Shown here piece by piece: positions 49,216-58,605 of a DNA stretch of 61,764 nt. The notes beneath the pieces were generated by a model. It searched no databases and had not been told where the DNA came from. It worked only from the letters and a program-made list of their open reading frames with translations. The DNA lies in NCBI GenBank assembly GCA_022566215.1, contig JADFJJ010000005.1, forward strand, positions 1 through 61,764, given 5' to 3'. Origin of the DNA: Pseudomonadota bacterium. GTDB taxonomy: Bacteria > Pseudomonadota > Alphaproteobacteria > Sphingomonadales > SMXR01. A program made the translations under genes and the position numbers. Every line of letters starts with the position of its first letter. Positions within the stretch are counted from its first letter, which is position 1.

Positions 49216-51174
49216 TTATTTTTTCTTTGAGTCTTTTTCTTTAGCCGCCTTTTTGGCCGGGGCTTTTTTGGCCGGAGCTTTTTTGGCGGCCGGCTTGGCT
49301 GCTTTTTTCTCAGGGGCTTTCTTGGCCGGAGCTTTTTTGGCGGCCGGCTTGGCTTCCTTTTTCTCAGGGGCCTTCTTGGCCGGGGCTTTTTTAGCTTCAG
49401 GTTTTTCCTGGCTTTTAGCGGCGGCCTTTTTTGCCGGCGCCTTTTTAGCGGGGCCTTTTTTGGCTTCGGTATCAGCGGCCTTGGCCTTGCTTTCCTTCAG
49501 GGCCGCGCCAAGGATATCGCCGAGCGAGGCGCCGCTGTCGGAGGAGCCGTATTGGGCAACCGCCTGTTTTTCTTCCTTGATCTCAAGAGCCTTGATCGAA
49601 AGGCTGATCTTGCGTTTGCTCTTGTCGACGTTTGAGACCACGGCATCAACCTTTTCGCCGACCGCGAATCGCTCGGGCCGCTGGTCGTTGCGATCCCGGG
49701 ACAGATCCGATTTCCGGATAAAACCGTGGAGACCGGTATCACCGATAACCAGTTCGATCCCGCCATTGTTGACCTGAGAGACGGTGCCGGTGATCACAGC
49801 GCCCTTCTTCTTGGCAAACAGCGAGAACGGATCTCCCTTGAGCTGCTTGACGCCAAGGCTAATACGCTCTTTCTCCGAATCAACGTCGAGAATGATGGCT
49901 TTGACGGTTTCACCCTTCTTGTATTCGGCGATCGCCTCGGAACCGGAGCGGTTCCAGTCGAGGTCCGAGAGATGAACCATGCCGTCGAGATTTTCATCCA
50001 GTCCGATAAAGAGCCCGAACTCGGTGATGTTCTTGACCGTTCCCTCAATGGTGTCGCCAACCTTGAAATTCTTGGAAAATGAATCCCACGGGTTTTCCAT
50101 GCACTGTTTCAGGCCGAGCGAAATACGCCGTTTTTCCGGACTGATATCAAGCACCATAACCTCCACTTCCTGAGAGGTGGACAGGATCTTGCCCGGGTGG
50201 ATATTTTTCTTGGTCCAGGACATCTCAGATATGTGGACCAGGCCTTCGATGCCGCTGTCCAGCTCAATAAAGGCGCCGTAATCGGTAATATTGGTGACCA
50301 CCCCCTTGACCTTGGTTTTCAGCGGATATTTTTTCTCAACCTCCTGCCACGGGTCATCCAACAGCTGTTTGATGCCAAGACTGATGCGCTGGGTTTCCGG
50401 ATTGATGCGGATGATCTTGACATCAATGGTATCGCCCACCTTCATAATCTCCGACGGGTGGCCCAAGCGGCTCCACGCCATGTCGGTCAGGTGAAGCAGA
50501 CCATCAACGCCGCCCAGGTCAATAAACGCTCCGTAATCGGTGATGTTCTTGACCACCCCGGGGAGGACCTGGTCTTCCTTCATGTTTTTCATCAGCTCGG
50601 AACGCTGTTCAGCGCGCTCTTCCTCCAGCAACGCCCGCCTGGAGACGACAATATTGCCGCGCTTGCGATCCATTTTCAGAATCTGGAAATCCAGCGGCAC
50701 ATTCATCATGGAATTGGTATCCCTCAAGGGCCGGACATCCAGCTGGCTGCCGGGCAGGAACGCAACCGCGCCCGACAGGTCAACGGTAAACCCGCCCTTG
50801 ACCCGGCCGAAGATAACCCCTTCAACCACTTTTTCCTGATTGTAGGCTTCTTCCAGCTGTACCCAGGCTTCCTCGCGGCGCGCTTTTTCACGCGACAGCA
50901 CGGCTTCGCCTTGAGCATTTTCCAGACGCACAACGAAAACATCGATGGTATCCCCGACCTGGACCTCGGGGTCCGCCCCGGGAGCGGCAAACTCGTGCAA
51001 GGGTATGCGCCCTTCAGACTTCAGGCCGACGTCAATCAGGGCAAAATCACTGCCAACCGAGACCACGGTTCCCTTGACCACGCGGCCTTCAAATTTCTCG
51101 TCTTCTTTATGAACTTCCTTAAGGAGCGCTTCAAAATCCTCCCGGGATGGGGAGTATTGTTTTTCTAGTGACAT
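49216..51174 (-). CDS. rpsA: 30S ribosomal protein S1 with a Lys/Ala/Pro-rich C-terminal extension
   Basis: 652 aa; six S1 domains, then about 85 aa of AKKAP-type repeats. Confidence 0.95.
   Translation of the reverse strand: MSLEKQYSPSREDFEALLKEVHKEDEKFEGRVVKGTVVSVGSDFALIDVGLKSEGRIPLHEFAAPGADPEVQVGDTIDVFVVRLENAQGEAVLSREKARREEAWVQLEEAYNQEKVVEGVIFGRVKGGFTVDLSGAVAFLPGSQLDVRPLRDTNSMMNVPLDFQILKMDRKRGNIVVSRRALLEEERAEQRSELMKNMKEDQVLPGVVKNITDYGAFIDLGGVDGLLHLTDMAWSRLGHPSEIMKVGDTIDVKIIRINPETQRISLGIKQLLDDPWQEVEKKYPLKTKVKGVVTNITDYGAFIELDSGIEGLVHISEMSWTKKNIHPGKILSTSQEVEVMVLDISPEKRRISLGLKQCMENPWDSFSKNFKVGDTIEGTVKNITEFGLFIGLDENLDGMVHLSDLDWNRSGSEAIAEYKKGETVKAIILDVDSEKERISLGVKQLKGDPFSLFAKKKGAVITGTVSQVNNGGIELVIGDTGLHGFIRKSDLSRDRNDQRPERFAVGEKVDAVVSNVDKSKRKISLSIKALEIKEEKQAVAQYGSSDSGASLGDILGAALKESKAKAADTEAKKGPAKKAPAKKAAAKSQEKPEAKKAPAKKAPEKKEAKPAAKKAPAKKAPEKKAAKPAAKKAPAKKAPAKKAAKEKDSKKK
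49231..49392. repeat. 54-bp tandem repeat (about 3 units) encoding KKAPAKKAPEKK(E/A)AKPAA
   Basis: GGCCGGAGCTTTTTTGGCGGCCGGCTTGGCT recurs at 49271 and 49325 (period 54). Confidence 0.85.
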
Positions 51175-51296
51175 GTGTTTTTTTTACCTATAAAAAAATT
51201 TCTGGCCAGCTGGTTGGTTCCAGCGGTCTTCCCCAAAGGTTTACCCTTTAGGGCCAGAGGTTTCGTTAAGGCGCACATAACGCGCTGTGCGCCCGG

Positions 51297-51944
51297 TTAT
51301 ATTTTTCCAAACAGACCGGCTGCTTCAAGAATCATGCAGGCCTTTTTGAATGCGCTGTCTATATCCAAATTTGTCGTATCAAGCAAGTGTGCATCTTGGG
51401 CCGGCCGCAAAGGAGAGATTTTCCGGGCTTCGTCCCGGGTATCGCGGAGGCGGACGGAACTGAGAATAGCTTCAGGATCCGCCGGTAATCCGCGCTCTTC
51501 CAGTTCGAGGATTCGGCGTTTCACCCTGACCGCCGGACTGGCGGTGATAAATATCTTCAGATCGGCATCGGGACAGACCACGGTTCCGATATCACGCCCA
51601 TCAATGATCGCCCCCTTCAGGCCGCCCGGGGGGGTTTTGGCAAAATTTCTCTGGAACGCCAGCAATTCTGAACGAACCTTTGGAATGGCGGCAACCAATG
51701 AAGCCGCCTCGCCAATTTTTTCCGCGCGCAAGCGGGGATCATCCAGGGTTCTGAAATCCAGGTTCCGGGCCGCCAGGGCGGCCGCTCCGGCATCCCTGGG
51801 ATCAGCGTCCGCTTCCAGAACCTCAAGCGCCACTGCCCGGTAGAGCGATCCGGTATCAAGATAAGCAAACCCCAAGTGACTGGCCAGGCGGCGCGCCAGT
51901 GTCCCCTTGCCGGAAGCGGACGGCCCATCAATTGCAATAATCAT
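51297..51944 (-). CDS. cmk: cytidylate kinase
   Basis: 215 aa; IIAIDGPSASGKGT. Confidence 0.93.
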   Translation of the reverse strand: MIIAIDGPSASGKGTLARRLASHLGFAYLDTGSLYRAVALEVLEADADPRDAGAAALAARNLDFRTLDDPRLRAEKIGEAASLVAAIPKVRSELLAFQRNFAKTPPGGLKGAIIDGRDIGTVVCPDADLKIFITASPAVRVKRRILELEERGLPADPEAILSSVRLRDTRDEARKISPLRPAQDAHLLDTTNLDIDSAFKKACMILEAAGLFGKI

Positions 51945-53269
51945 TCAAACGTTTCCTCAATATTGGCCCCAAGGCGGTGCATCAGCTTAGCAAAGCCGGG
52001 GAAGCTTGTGGATATGCTTTCTGTACCTTTTATTGTAACCGGCTTATCCGCCCGGAGACCAAGAACGGCAAAGGCCATGGCAATGCGGTGATCACCGGAG
52101 GCATCAATCACTGCGCCCCCTGGAACCTTCCCGGCCCGCCCGCTAATCGCCAGGCCGTCGTCAAATTCCTTCACCTCGACCCCGCAGGCCTCAAGGCCTT
52201 TGGCCATTTGCCGCAACCGGTCGCTTTCCTTCAGGCGCAATTCGGCCAGCCCGCGGAAACTGCTCACGCCGTCCGCCAAAGCGGCAAGAACGAACAGGGC
52301 CGGGAATTCATCGATCATCCGGGCGGCCATGGCGGGGTCGGTATCGACGGCTGATAACTGAGTATAATTCACGGCCAGGCCGCCATAAGGTTCCGCCGCC
52401 TTGGCACTGTCTTCGCTAACCCTGATGTCCGCCCCCATTTGTCCCAAAACATCAAGCAAACCGGTGCGCAGGGGATTAAGGCCGACCCCCTTAATCTCAA
52501 GCCGGCTGCCCGGGACCATCAAAGTTGCCGCCAGAACAAAGGCGGCGGCGGAAAAATCGCCGGGGATGGCAATATCGGCGGCCTTCAATTCCCGGAGCCC
52601 TTTCACGGTAATAGCCGCCCCGCCTCCCGGCAATGTTTCCTTTTTTACCGGAACGCCAAACTGGGCCAACAGGCGCTCGGTATGGTCGCGGGTCGGGGTT
52701 TCCTCGATCACGCAGGTTTCTCCCGGAATATTCAGGCCGGCCAGCAGCAGGGCCGATTTGACCTGCGCCGAAGCGACCGGAAGGCGGTAAGTAATAGCAA
52801 CCGGCTCAGCCGCCCCGGTTAGCGTCAAGGGCAGCGCCGCGGCATCTTTTGGAAATACTTTCGCTCCCATTTCGAGCAGCGGTTTCAAGATCCGTCCCAT
52901 CGGGCGTTTCTTCAGTGATTCGTCGCCGGTCAGTGAAACTTCTATCGGCTGGGTCGCCAGCGCCCCGATCATCAGCCGCGCCCCGGTTCCCGAATTGCCG
53001 AAATCGAGAACGCCCTCAGGCGCCCTGAAAGCGCCCAAACCGTGTCCCTTTATGACCCAATCCTGCCCTTTTTTGTCACAAATTACCCCCAACAACCTCA
53101 GCGCTCCTATGGTATTCAGGACATCTTCCGCCTCCGAAAGACCCTTGATCCGGCTCTTTCCCGTGGCCAGCGCAGACAAAATCAAAGCCCGGTGTGAAAT
53201 GGATTTATCACCGGGGAGGTGAGCCACACCCTTTAATGCCGCGCTTGATTTGGAAACAATTGTCGCCAT
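51941..53269 (-). CDS. aroA: 3-phosphoshikimate 1-carboxyvinyltransferase
   Basis: 442 aa; LPGDKSISHRALI; 4-nt overlap with cmk. Confidence 0.95.
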   Translation of the reverse strand: MATIVSKSSAALKGVAHLPGDKSISHRALILSALATGKSRIKGLSEAEDVLNTIGALRLLGVICDKKGQDWVIKGHGLGAFRAPEGVLDFGNSGTGARLMIGALATQPIEVSLTGDESLKKRPMGRILKPLLEMGAKVFPKDAAALPLTLTGAAEPVAITYRLPVASAQVKSALLLAGLNIPGETCVIEETPTRDHTERLLAQFGVPVKKETLPGGGAAITVKGLRELKAADIAIPGDFSAAAFVLAATLMVPGSRLEIKGVGLNPLRTGLLDVLGQMGADIRVSEDSAKAAEPYGGLAVNYTQLSAVDTDPAMAARMIDEFPALFVLAALADGVSSFRGLAELRLKESDRLRQMAKGLEACGVEVKEFDDGLAISGRAGKVPGGAVIDASGDHRIAMAFAVLGLRADKPVTIKGTESISTSFPGFAKLMHRLGANIEETFE

Positions 53270-53405
53270 TCGGGTCTTTCTCTGGTTGAAGGCGGACGGT
53301 AAAATTTAACAATCGAATGTTTTAGGTTTTGACAGAAGCCGAACTTCATGGCAAGGGAAGCCCCGAACCGAAATATATCAAAGATTCTCTAGCAAGGAGC
53401 AGCGC

Positions 53406-53780
53406 GTGGTAAAAGAAAAATGGGGAACCAAACGGACCTGTCCGAAATGCGGCACCCGGTTTTATGATCTGGGGAAAGAAAATCCTGTGGTGTGCATCGA
53501 CTGCGCCAACGAATGGGTGCCCGAGCCGATCCTGAAAAGCCGCCAGCCGCAGCAGCTGGAGGAAATTAAAAAGCCTGAACCCACAGAAAAAGCTGAAGAC
53601 AAGGCTGAAGACAAGGCTGAAGACAAGGCTGAAGACAAGGATGAGAAGGATGAGGCGGAAGAAATCCTCAAAGTCGAAGAGGGTGGCAACACCAACCCGG
53701 ATAACGATCTTGACCTGGATGACGGATCGGACGTACCAGATGTCATCCAAAAGCCCAAATCTCCGGAAGAGGGCAGCTAG
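53406..53780 (+). CDS. zinc-ribbon protein of the FYDLN / TIGR02300-like family
   Basis: 124 aa; GTG start; GTKRTCPKCGTRFYDLGKENPVVCIDC; acidic repetitive C-terminal half. Confidence 0.8.
   Translation: MVKEKWGTKRTCPKCGTRFYDLGKENPVVCIDCANEWVPEPILKSRQPQQLEEIKKPEPTEKAEDKAEDKAEDKAEDKDEKDEAEEILKVEEGGNTNPDNDLDLDDGSDVPDVIQKPKSPEEGS
53592..53639. repeat. perfect 12-bp x4 tandem repeat GCTGAAGACAAG (encodes AEDK x4)
   Basis: Read directly: four identical contiguous units. Confidence 0.95.
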
Positions 53781-53790
53781 AATTTCATTG

Positions 53791-53866
53791 GGGCCATAGC
53801 TCAGCTGGGAGAGCGCTACACTGGCAGTGTAGAGGTCGGCGGTTCGAGCCCGCCTGGCTCCACCAG
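53791..53866 (+). tRNA. tRNA-Ala (anticodon GGC), CCA encoded
   Basis: GGGGCCA acceptor with the G3-U70 pair (GGGGCCA/TGGCTCC), anticodon arm CTACA-CTGGCAG-TGTAG, T-arm GGCGG-TTCGAGC-CCGCC. Confidence 0.95.
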
Positions 53867-53924
53867 TCTTCGCCTTTCGGGCTTCGGGTGGCAGGCCACC
53901 CGGAACCGAAAATCGGGGGAAGGT
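53867..53924 (+). repeat. tRNA-trailing repeat element (Ala copy)
   Basis: CTTCGCC..GGCTTCG starts 2 nt after the CCA. 53891-53924 matches 4334-4367 at 29 of 34 positions. Confidence 0.75.
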
Positions 53925-54108
53925 GGATTGGTTCCCCTTTAAATTTTTAATCCCCCGTACTCAGCATTTCAGTGAACGCCGCCTTGGGTTCGGGGTAGGT
54001 GGCCGGGAACGGCCATAAAGTGAACATTTTTTCTTTATACCATTCATTTCCAGTTCAGATTGAGAGTTATATGATTTGGGGAACAATTAAAAACCAGTTG
54101 AGGTAGAT

Positions 54109-54669
54109 ATGTTGAAAACCCCCCTGAAGATCCTGCTGGCCGCCAGCATCGCCCTGCCCGCCTTCCTGGCGGCGGACCTGGCCCAGGCCGGCAATAATAA
54201 GCACAATCGCCATCACAACAGCCACAATTACAGCAAGCATTATGGCGGCTATAATTACGGCAAGCATTATGGCGGCTATAATTACAGCAACCGTCATTAC
54301 AGCCATAATTATTATCCCAGTTACACTTACGGCGGATACTATTACGGCGGTCACTATGGGCACGGTGGCAAGGCGGGGGCTTATGCCGGGCTGGCAATTC
54401 TCGGCGCCACCCTTGGCTATATGCTGCACAAATCCTCCAAGGATAATTATCGTGGCGGGCGCCCGGGCGGCTATTACGCCCCGCCACCGCAACAGCCCCA
54501 AAGCTATGCCCCCACCCAGCAAGGCAATTTTGATTTCAGCCAGTGCCGGGAAACCCGGGATTATGAAACCACCATTATTGTCGACGGGCAGGAGCAGCTG
54601 GCCTATGGCACAGCCTGCCTGAGGGCGGACGGCAACTGGGTCGCCGGCCCGATGAGGATCGGCGACTAG
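54109..54669 (+). CDS. secreted His/Tyr/Gly/Asn-rich protein with a C-terminal 17-kDa-surface-antigen-like domain
   Basis: 186 aa; signal peptide; KHYGGYNY repeats (27-bp x2 at 54233-54286); glycine-zipper helix AGAYAGLAILGATLGY; C-terminal CRETRDYETTIIVDGQEQLAYGTACLRADGNW. Confidence 0.7.
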   Translation: MLKTPLKILLAASIALPAFLAADLAQAGNNKHNRHHNSHNYSKHYGGYNYGKHYGGYNYSNRHYSHNYYPSYTYGGYYYGGHYGHGGKAGAYAGLAILGATLGYMLHKSSKDNYRGGRPGGYYAPPPQQPQSYAPTQQGNFDFSQCRETRDYETTIIVDGQEQLAYGTACLRADGNWVAGPMRIGD

Positions 54670-54691
54670 AGATTTTAAAGATACTCCAGCT

Positions 54692-54725
54692 AAAAAAGGG
54701 CGCTTGCTGAGCGCCCTTTTTTTTC
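54692..54725. terminator. bidirectional rho-independent terminator
   Basis: A-run, GGGCGCT-TGCTG-AGCGCCC stem, T8. Confidence 0.7.
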
Positions 54726-54738
54726 AGACTTCAGGTTT

Positions 54739-56079
54739 TTATGGCCAGATGACCAGACAATCGAGACCAGCCTGTTGAAGTTCCAGACATTTTAAATCGG
54801 CTCCGGCCCTATCCATAAAGGGCCCTATCCGCAAGCGGTAATATATGCCCCGCCCGGAGCCCAGGTCATAGCGGATTATCCTTTTCTCAAAACCCTCAAA
54901 CAGGCCCGGGTAAGCCTGGGATACCTCCAGCCAGTGGGCTTGGGCGTTTTCAGGCTTGCGGAAAGAGGTCAGCTGGACGCTCCAGTCCGGTGAAAAATTG
55001 TTTTCACTCACCAGCGGTGACAAAGGATCACCCAGATCGTAGGAGTCTGCGGGAATAATTTCCGGCGTGGCGGGGGCGGTTTCCTCAATCAAATCATTCA
55101 GCGCTTCACGGGTTTCAGAAAAGCCATCCGCATGTTCCCCGAGGGCCTCATCTTCAATCGTCTCTGGGATCAAAATTTCAGCGCCCTGGCCCGACAGTTC
55201 AGGAACCGGTTGCAATGGGGGGCCTGGCCCGGTTTGGTCATTCACAGCGGCCTCGGGCAAAGCATCTTCTTGCGGATCCGCCTGAATGGTCTCGATCAGG
55301 GTTGCCTCAGCGGCAAGTTCCTCTTGAGGTTCCAATTCTACCAGCTCCAACACAGGTTGATCTTCCAGGCGAATCGGGACCGGTTCTTTAACCTCCAGTT
55401 CAGGCAAGGCAATATCGGTTCTTACAGAAAATTTGCGGGGTTGTTGTACCATTTCATTGATCAGCAAATGTGCCCGGGCCTGATTAGGCGTCCCGGTCAT
55501 AAGGGTTGGCGCCAGTTCCAGACTTTTTGCCAACTCCGCCTCGGTAAGCTGGCCGCGCATGGCGGTCTCCAATTGGATTGCCTCCAGTACTCCGGCATCT
55601 ACCGCCAGCAGGGTCCAGGCAAACCCGAGGGTCAGATCCTGATTAACTCCATCACCATTAAAATAGACAATGCCAAGAATGTACTGGGCCTGGCCGTCAC
55701 CGGCTTCAGCCGCCCGCAGCCACCAGCTGGCAGCCGCTTCTTTTCCGCCGTTTACGCCAGGGGAAAAGAAATAAAGGTTCCCCAGCTCCCGCGCCGCGGC
55801 GGTGTGGCCCAGGTTCGCGGCCGCCAGGTAATAGTCGGCCGCCTTGTTGTCATCAAAAGCCGTCTTCTTTCCCAGGTGATACATTTGGCCGAGATTAAAA
55901 AGAGCATCGGCATTACCGGCCTCAGCCAGGTTCTGCCATTGGCGTTCGGCTTTTTTATATTTGCCACTCTGATAATTCCGGATGGCGTCTTCCAGCGACT
56001 GTGAATAAGCCGCTTGCCCTGCCGGGGTGGCGCATACCAAAAGCGCCAGGCAAAAAAACATAATCGACTTTTTGATCAA
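54739..56079 (-). CDS. Sel1-repeat / SPOR-domain protein
   Basis: 446 aa; signal peptide, Sel1-like repeats (GNADALFNLGQMYHLG...), acidic Pro-rich linker, C-terminal SPOR domain (WSVQLTSFRKPENAQ...YYRLRIGPF). Confidence 0.85.
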   Translation of the reverse strand: MIKKSIMFFCLALLVCATPAGQAAYSQSLEDAIRNYQSGKYKKAERQWQNLAEAGNADALFNLGQMYHLGKKTAFDDNKAADYYLAAANLGHTAAARELGNLYFFSPGVNGGKEAAASWWLRAAEAGDGQAQYILGIVYFNGDGVNQDLTLGFAWTLLAVDAGVLEAIQLETAMRGQLTEAELAKSLELAPTLMTGTPNQARAHLLINEMVQQPRKFSVRTDIALPELEVKEPVPIRLEDQPVLELVELEPQEELAAEATLIETIQADPQEDALPEAAVNDQTGPGPPLQPVPELSGQGAEILIPETIEDEALGEHADGFSETREALNDLIEETAPATPEIIPADSYDLGDPLSPLVSENNFSPDWSVQLTSFRKPENAQAHWLEVSQAYPGLFEGFEKRIIRYDLGSGRGIYYRLRIGPFMDRAGADLKCLELQQAGLDCLVIWP

Positions 56080-56183
56080 AACGTTCCCTCCGCTTGCCGG
56101 TGTAGAGGCATACTATCCTGAAATTAAAATTTAATAAACCGCTCCGTCGGGAGCAGTTTCAGGAAAGTACCGAGGCGGGAAAG

Positions 56184-56654
56184 TCAGGCGGCGAAAGCAG
56201 CTGGATCAATTTCCGAAAGCAGCGCGTAAATGGCATCAGCGCTGTCCGAGCCCCTGAGCTTTTCGCAAACCTCCTGGTCCCGCAGCAGACGGGAAATCCT
56301 GGCCAGGGCCTTGAGATGGTCGGCGCCCGCGCCGACCGGAGCCAGGAGCATGAAAATCAGGTCAACCGGCTGGTCATCCAGGGCATCAAAATCTATCGGC
56401 GTTTCGAGGTGGGCGAAAAAGCCGTAGAGCCTGGAAAGCCCCTCAATTTTTCCGTGGGGGATAGCGACCCCCTGACCCATCCCGGTGGTGCCGAGCCGTT
56501 CGCGCTGCAGCAACACCTCAAAAATCTTGCGTTCATCCTGGCCGGTGCGCTCCGCGGCAAAAGCCGCGAGTTCCTGCAGGGCCTGCTTTTTGCTGCTGGC
56601 CTTCAGACTGGGGACAATGGCTTTGGGGCCAGTCAGGTCACTGACACTCATCAT
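56184..56654 (-). CDS. ptsN: PTS EIIA(Ntr) nitrogen regulatory protein
   Basis: 156 aa; GQGVAIPHGK phospho-His motif; downstream of rpoN-hpf. Confidence 0.92.
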   Translation of the reverse strand: MMSVSDLTGPKAIVPSLKASSKKQALQELAAFAAERTGQDERKIFEVLLQRERLGTTGMGQGVAIPHGKIEGLSRLYGFFAHLETPIDFDALDDQPVDLIFMLLAPVGAGADHLKALARISRLLRDQEVCEKLRGSDSADAIYALLSEIDPAAFAA

Positions 56655-56705
56655 ACTTTCTGCTCATCACGTTAATCTTAATCCGAGGTTTTTTGCCAAA
56701 ACCTT

Positions 56706-57029
56706 TTAAAGGGTTTCGGTCTCCCTTTTTGAGTCGTGGTGGTTTTTAATGCGTCGTTTAAATCTTCGCAACTGCTTTTCTAATTTTTTTGCTGCTTCTT
56801 TGAATGAAGTGTAAATATCTACCCCCTCCGCATGGCTGTATAAATTGACCCCCTGGAGCGGGTGCAGGGCACATTCAACACGAAATTCCGGTCCCTGCCG
56901 GGAGACCGTCACCGCGGCCTCGATGGATGGGTCGAAATACTTGTCCGATGCGGCTTTCGGCCGGTTTATGATGTGCGTTTCAAGGGCTTGGCCGATAGCA
57001 ACATTGCGGCCGCTAACGTTTACATTCAT
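56706..57029 (-). CDS. hpf: ribosome hibernation promoting factor (short HPF/RaiA)
   Basis: 107 aa; MNVNVSGRNVAIGQAL N-terminus; follows rpoN. Confidence 0.9.
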   Translation of the reverse strand: MNVNVSGRNVAIGQALETHIINRPKAASDKYFDPSIEAAVTVSRQGPEFRVECALHPLQGVNLYSHAEGVDIYTSFKEAAKKLEKQLRRFKRRIKNHHDSKRETETL

Positions 57030-57120
57030 GCCTTTTATCCTTTCTCGCCAGCCACGTGGTTTTGGTTGGGATTATGGAGACCGGCCCCTGATTATTAATG
57101 TAAGCATCCTTTCATCAAAA

Positions 57121-58605
57121 TTAAGTGAATGGGGCGAATCGGGCTTTCATCTGGCGTCGTTCAAAGCTGGAGGGGATTCGCATGGCCTCACGGTATTTCA
57201 TAACCGTGCGGCGTGAAATTGTTATTCCTTCCTGTTTCAGGCGGCCGGCGATTTTGTCGTCCGACAACGCCTTGGGCGGATGCTCCGCGGCAATCAGCTC
57301 CCTGATCCGGTGCTTGACCGCGGCGGCCGAGGTTACCGTTCCATCTTCCCCGCCGAGCAGTGAGGAAAAGAAATAACGCAGCTTGAAGGTTCCCCGGGAC
57401 GAGGACAGGTATTTATTTTGCACCACCCGGCTGACGGTGCTTTCGTGGAAGTCCGTCATTTCAGCAATTTCCCGGTAGGTAAACGGCCTCAAATGCCGGA
57501 CCCCGTTTTCGAAAAAATCCACCTGATGCTCAACGATCGCCCCGGCGATTTTCAAAATCGTCTGGGCGCGCTGGTCAAGGGCGCGTTGCAGCCACCCGGC
57601 CTTGGTCCGGCATACCTTAAGATAGGAGGTTTCAGTTTTGGACAGGGTCTTGGCTTTCAGGGCGGTGGAATAGCTTTCATTGATCAGCAGCCTGGGGAGC
57701 GCATCGTTGTTCAGCTCCACCTGCCAGGCGCCTTTTTTATCCTTCCTGACGAAAATGTCCGGGATCAGGGTCTGCAGCGGGCCCGCCGCCTCAAAACAAA
57801 GGCCGGGCTTGGGATCCAGTTCGTGGATCGCCCTGATCAGGCTTTTTAAATCCGCCCCGGAGGCTCCCGACAATTTTTTAAGCGCCTGGATATCGTTGGC
57901 CGCCACCAGGTCCAGGTGGTCAAGAACGGCTTTGGCGCAGCCGCCGTAGAGGCCTTTGTCCTGCAATTGCAGTTTCAGGCATTCCTTGAGATCGCGGCAA
58001 AATATCCCGGGCGGTTCCAATTCCTGCAGGGCGGGGAGAACCCCCTCCACTTCCTCTAGGGTACAGCCCAGGGCCTCTGCCACCTCTTCCAGGGGAGTGG
58101 CCAGGTAACCGGCCCGATTAAGGCTGTCGGCAAGATAGTTGGCGATCATCCCGGCCTTGGGCTCCAGCACCAGCAGGCTGAGCTGGTCATGAATGTGGTC
58201 ATGAAGCGTTTTTTCTTTTTGAAAATTGGGGGAAAGTCCGCCGCCGGCGTTCGAGACCGGAAAGGGAGCGGTTTCATGGAACCCGCTGTTGTCGCTTTGG
58301 GGTTTAATAGCATTTTCCCCGCTGCAATCGTTGGTAAAGACCGTGGTGTAGAGAGCCTTATCTACCGATTCGGGACTTTCTATGGCGCCCTCGGCGCTTT
58401 GGCCGGGATCGTTTTGATCTTTTTTGGGCGGGGCGGGAGGGCCGTCGCCGCTAAATTCCATCAGCGGGTTGGCTTCTATCTCACGGCCGAGGTAAGCGGC
58501 CAGGTCGACCGCATCATACTGGAGAATTTGCAGCGACAACTGCATTTCCTGCGTCATGGTGAGACGCTGTACCTGGCGCTGCTGTAATTTGGGCTCCCGG
58601 GCCAT
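57121..58605 (-). CDS. rpoN: RNA polymerase sigma-54 factor
   Basis: 494 aa; C-terminal RpoN box ISRRTVMKYREAMRIP. Confidence 0.96.
   Translation of the reverse strand: MAREPKLQQRQVQRLTMTQEMQLSLQILQYDAVDLAAYLGREIEANPLMEFSGDGPPAPPKKDQNDPGQSAEGAIESPESVDKALYTTVFTNDCSGENAIKPQSDNSGFHETAPFPVSNAGGGLSPNFQKEKTLHDHIHDQLSLLVLEPKAGMIANYLADSLNRAGYLATPLEEVAEALGCTLEEVEGVLPALQELEPPGIFCRDLKECLKLQLQDKGLYGGCAKAVLDHLDLVAANDIQALKKLSGASGADLKSLIRAIHELDPKPGLCFEAAGPLQTLIPDIFVRKDKKGAWQVELNNDALPRLLINESYSTALKAKTLSKTETSYLKVCRTKAGWLQRALDQRAQTILKIAGAIVEHQVDFFENGVRHLRPFTYREIAEMTDFHESTVSRVVQNKYLSSSRGTFKLRYFFSSLLGGEDGTVTSAAAVKHRIRELIAAEHPPKALSDDKIAGRLKQEGITISRRTVMKYREAMRIPSSFERRQMKARFAPFT

Noticed and set aside
54044-54522. 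Cys/Asn/Tyr-rich and Ile/Ala/Val-rich ORFs antisense to, or frame-shifted within, the His/Tyr-rich gene.
   Set aside because: These are alternative-frame artefacts of the low-complexity repeat. Only the plus-strand frame has a signal peptide, an RBS-compatible start and a recognisable C-terminal domain.
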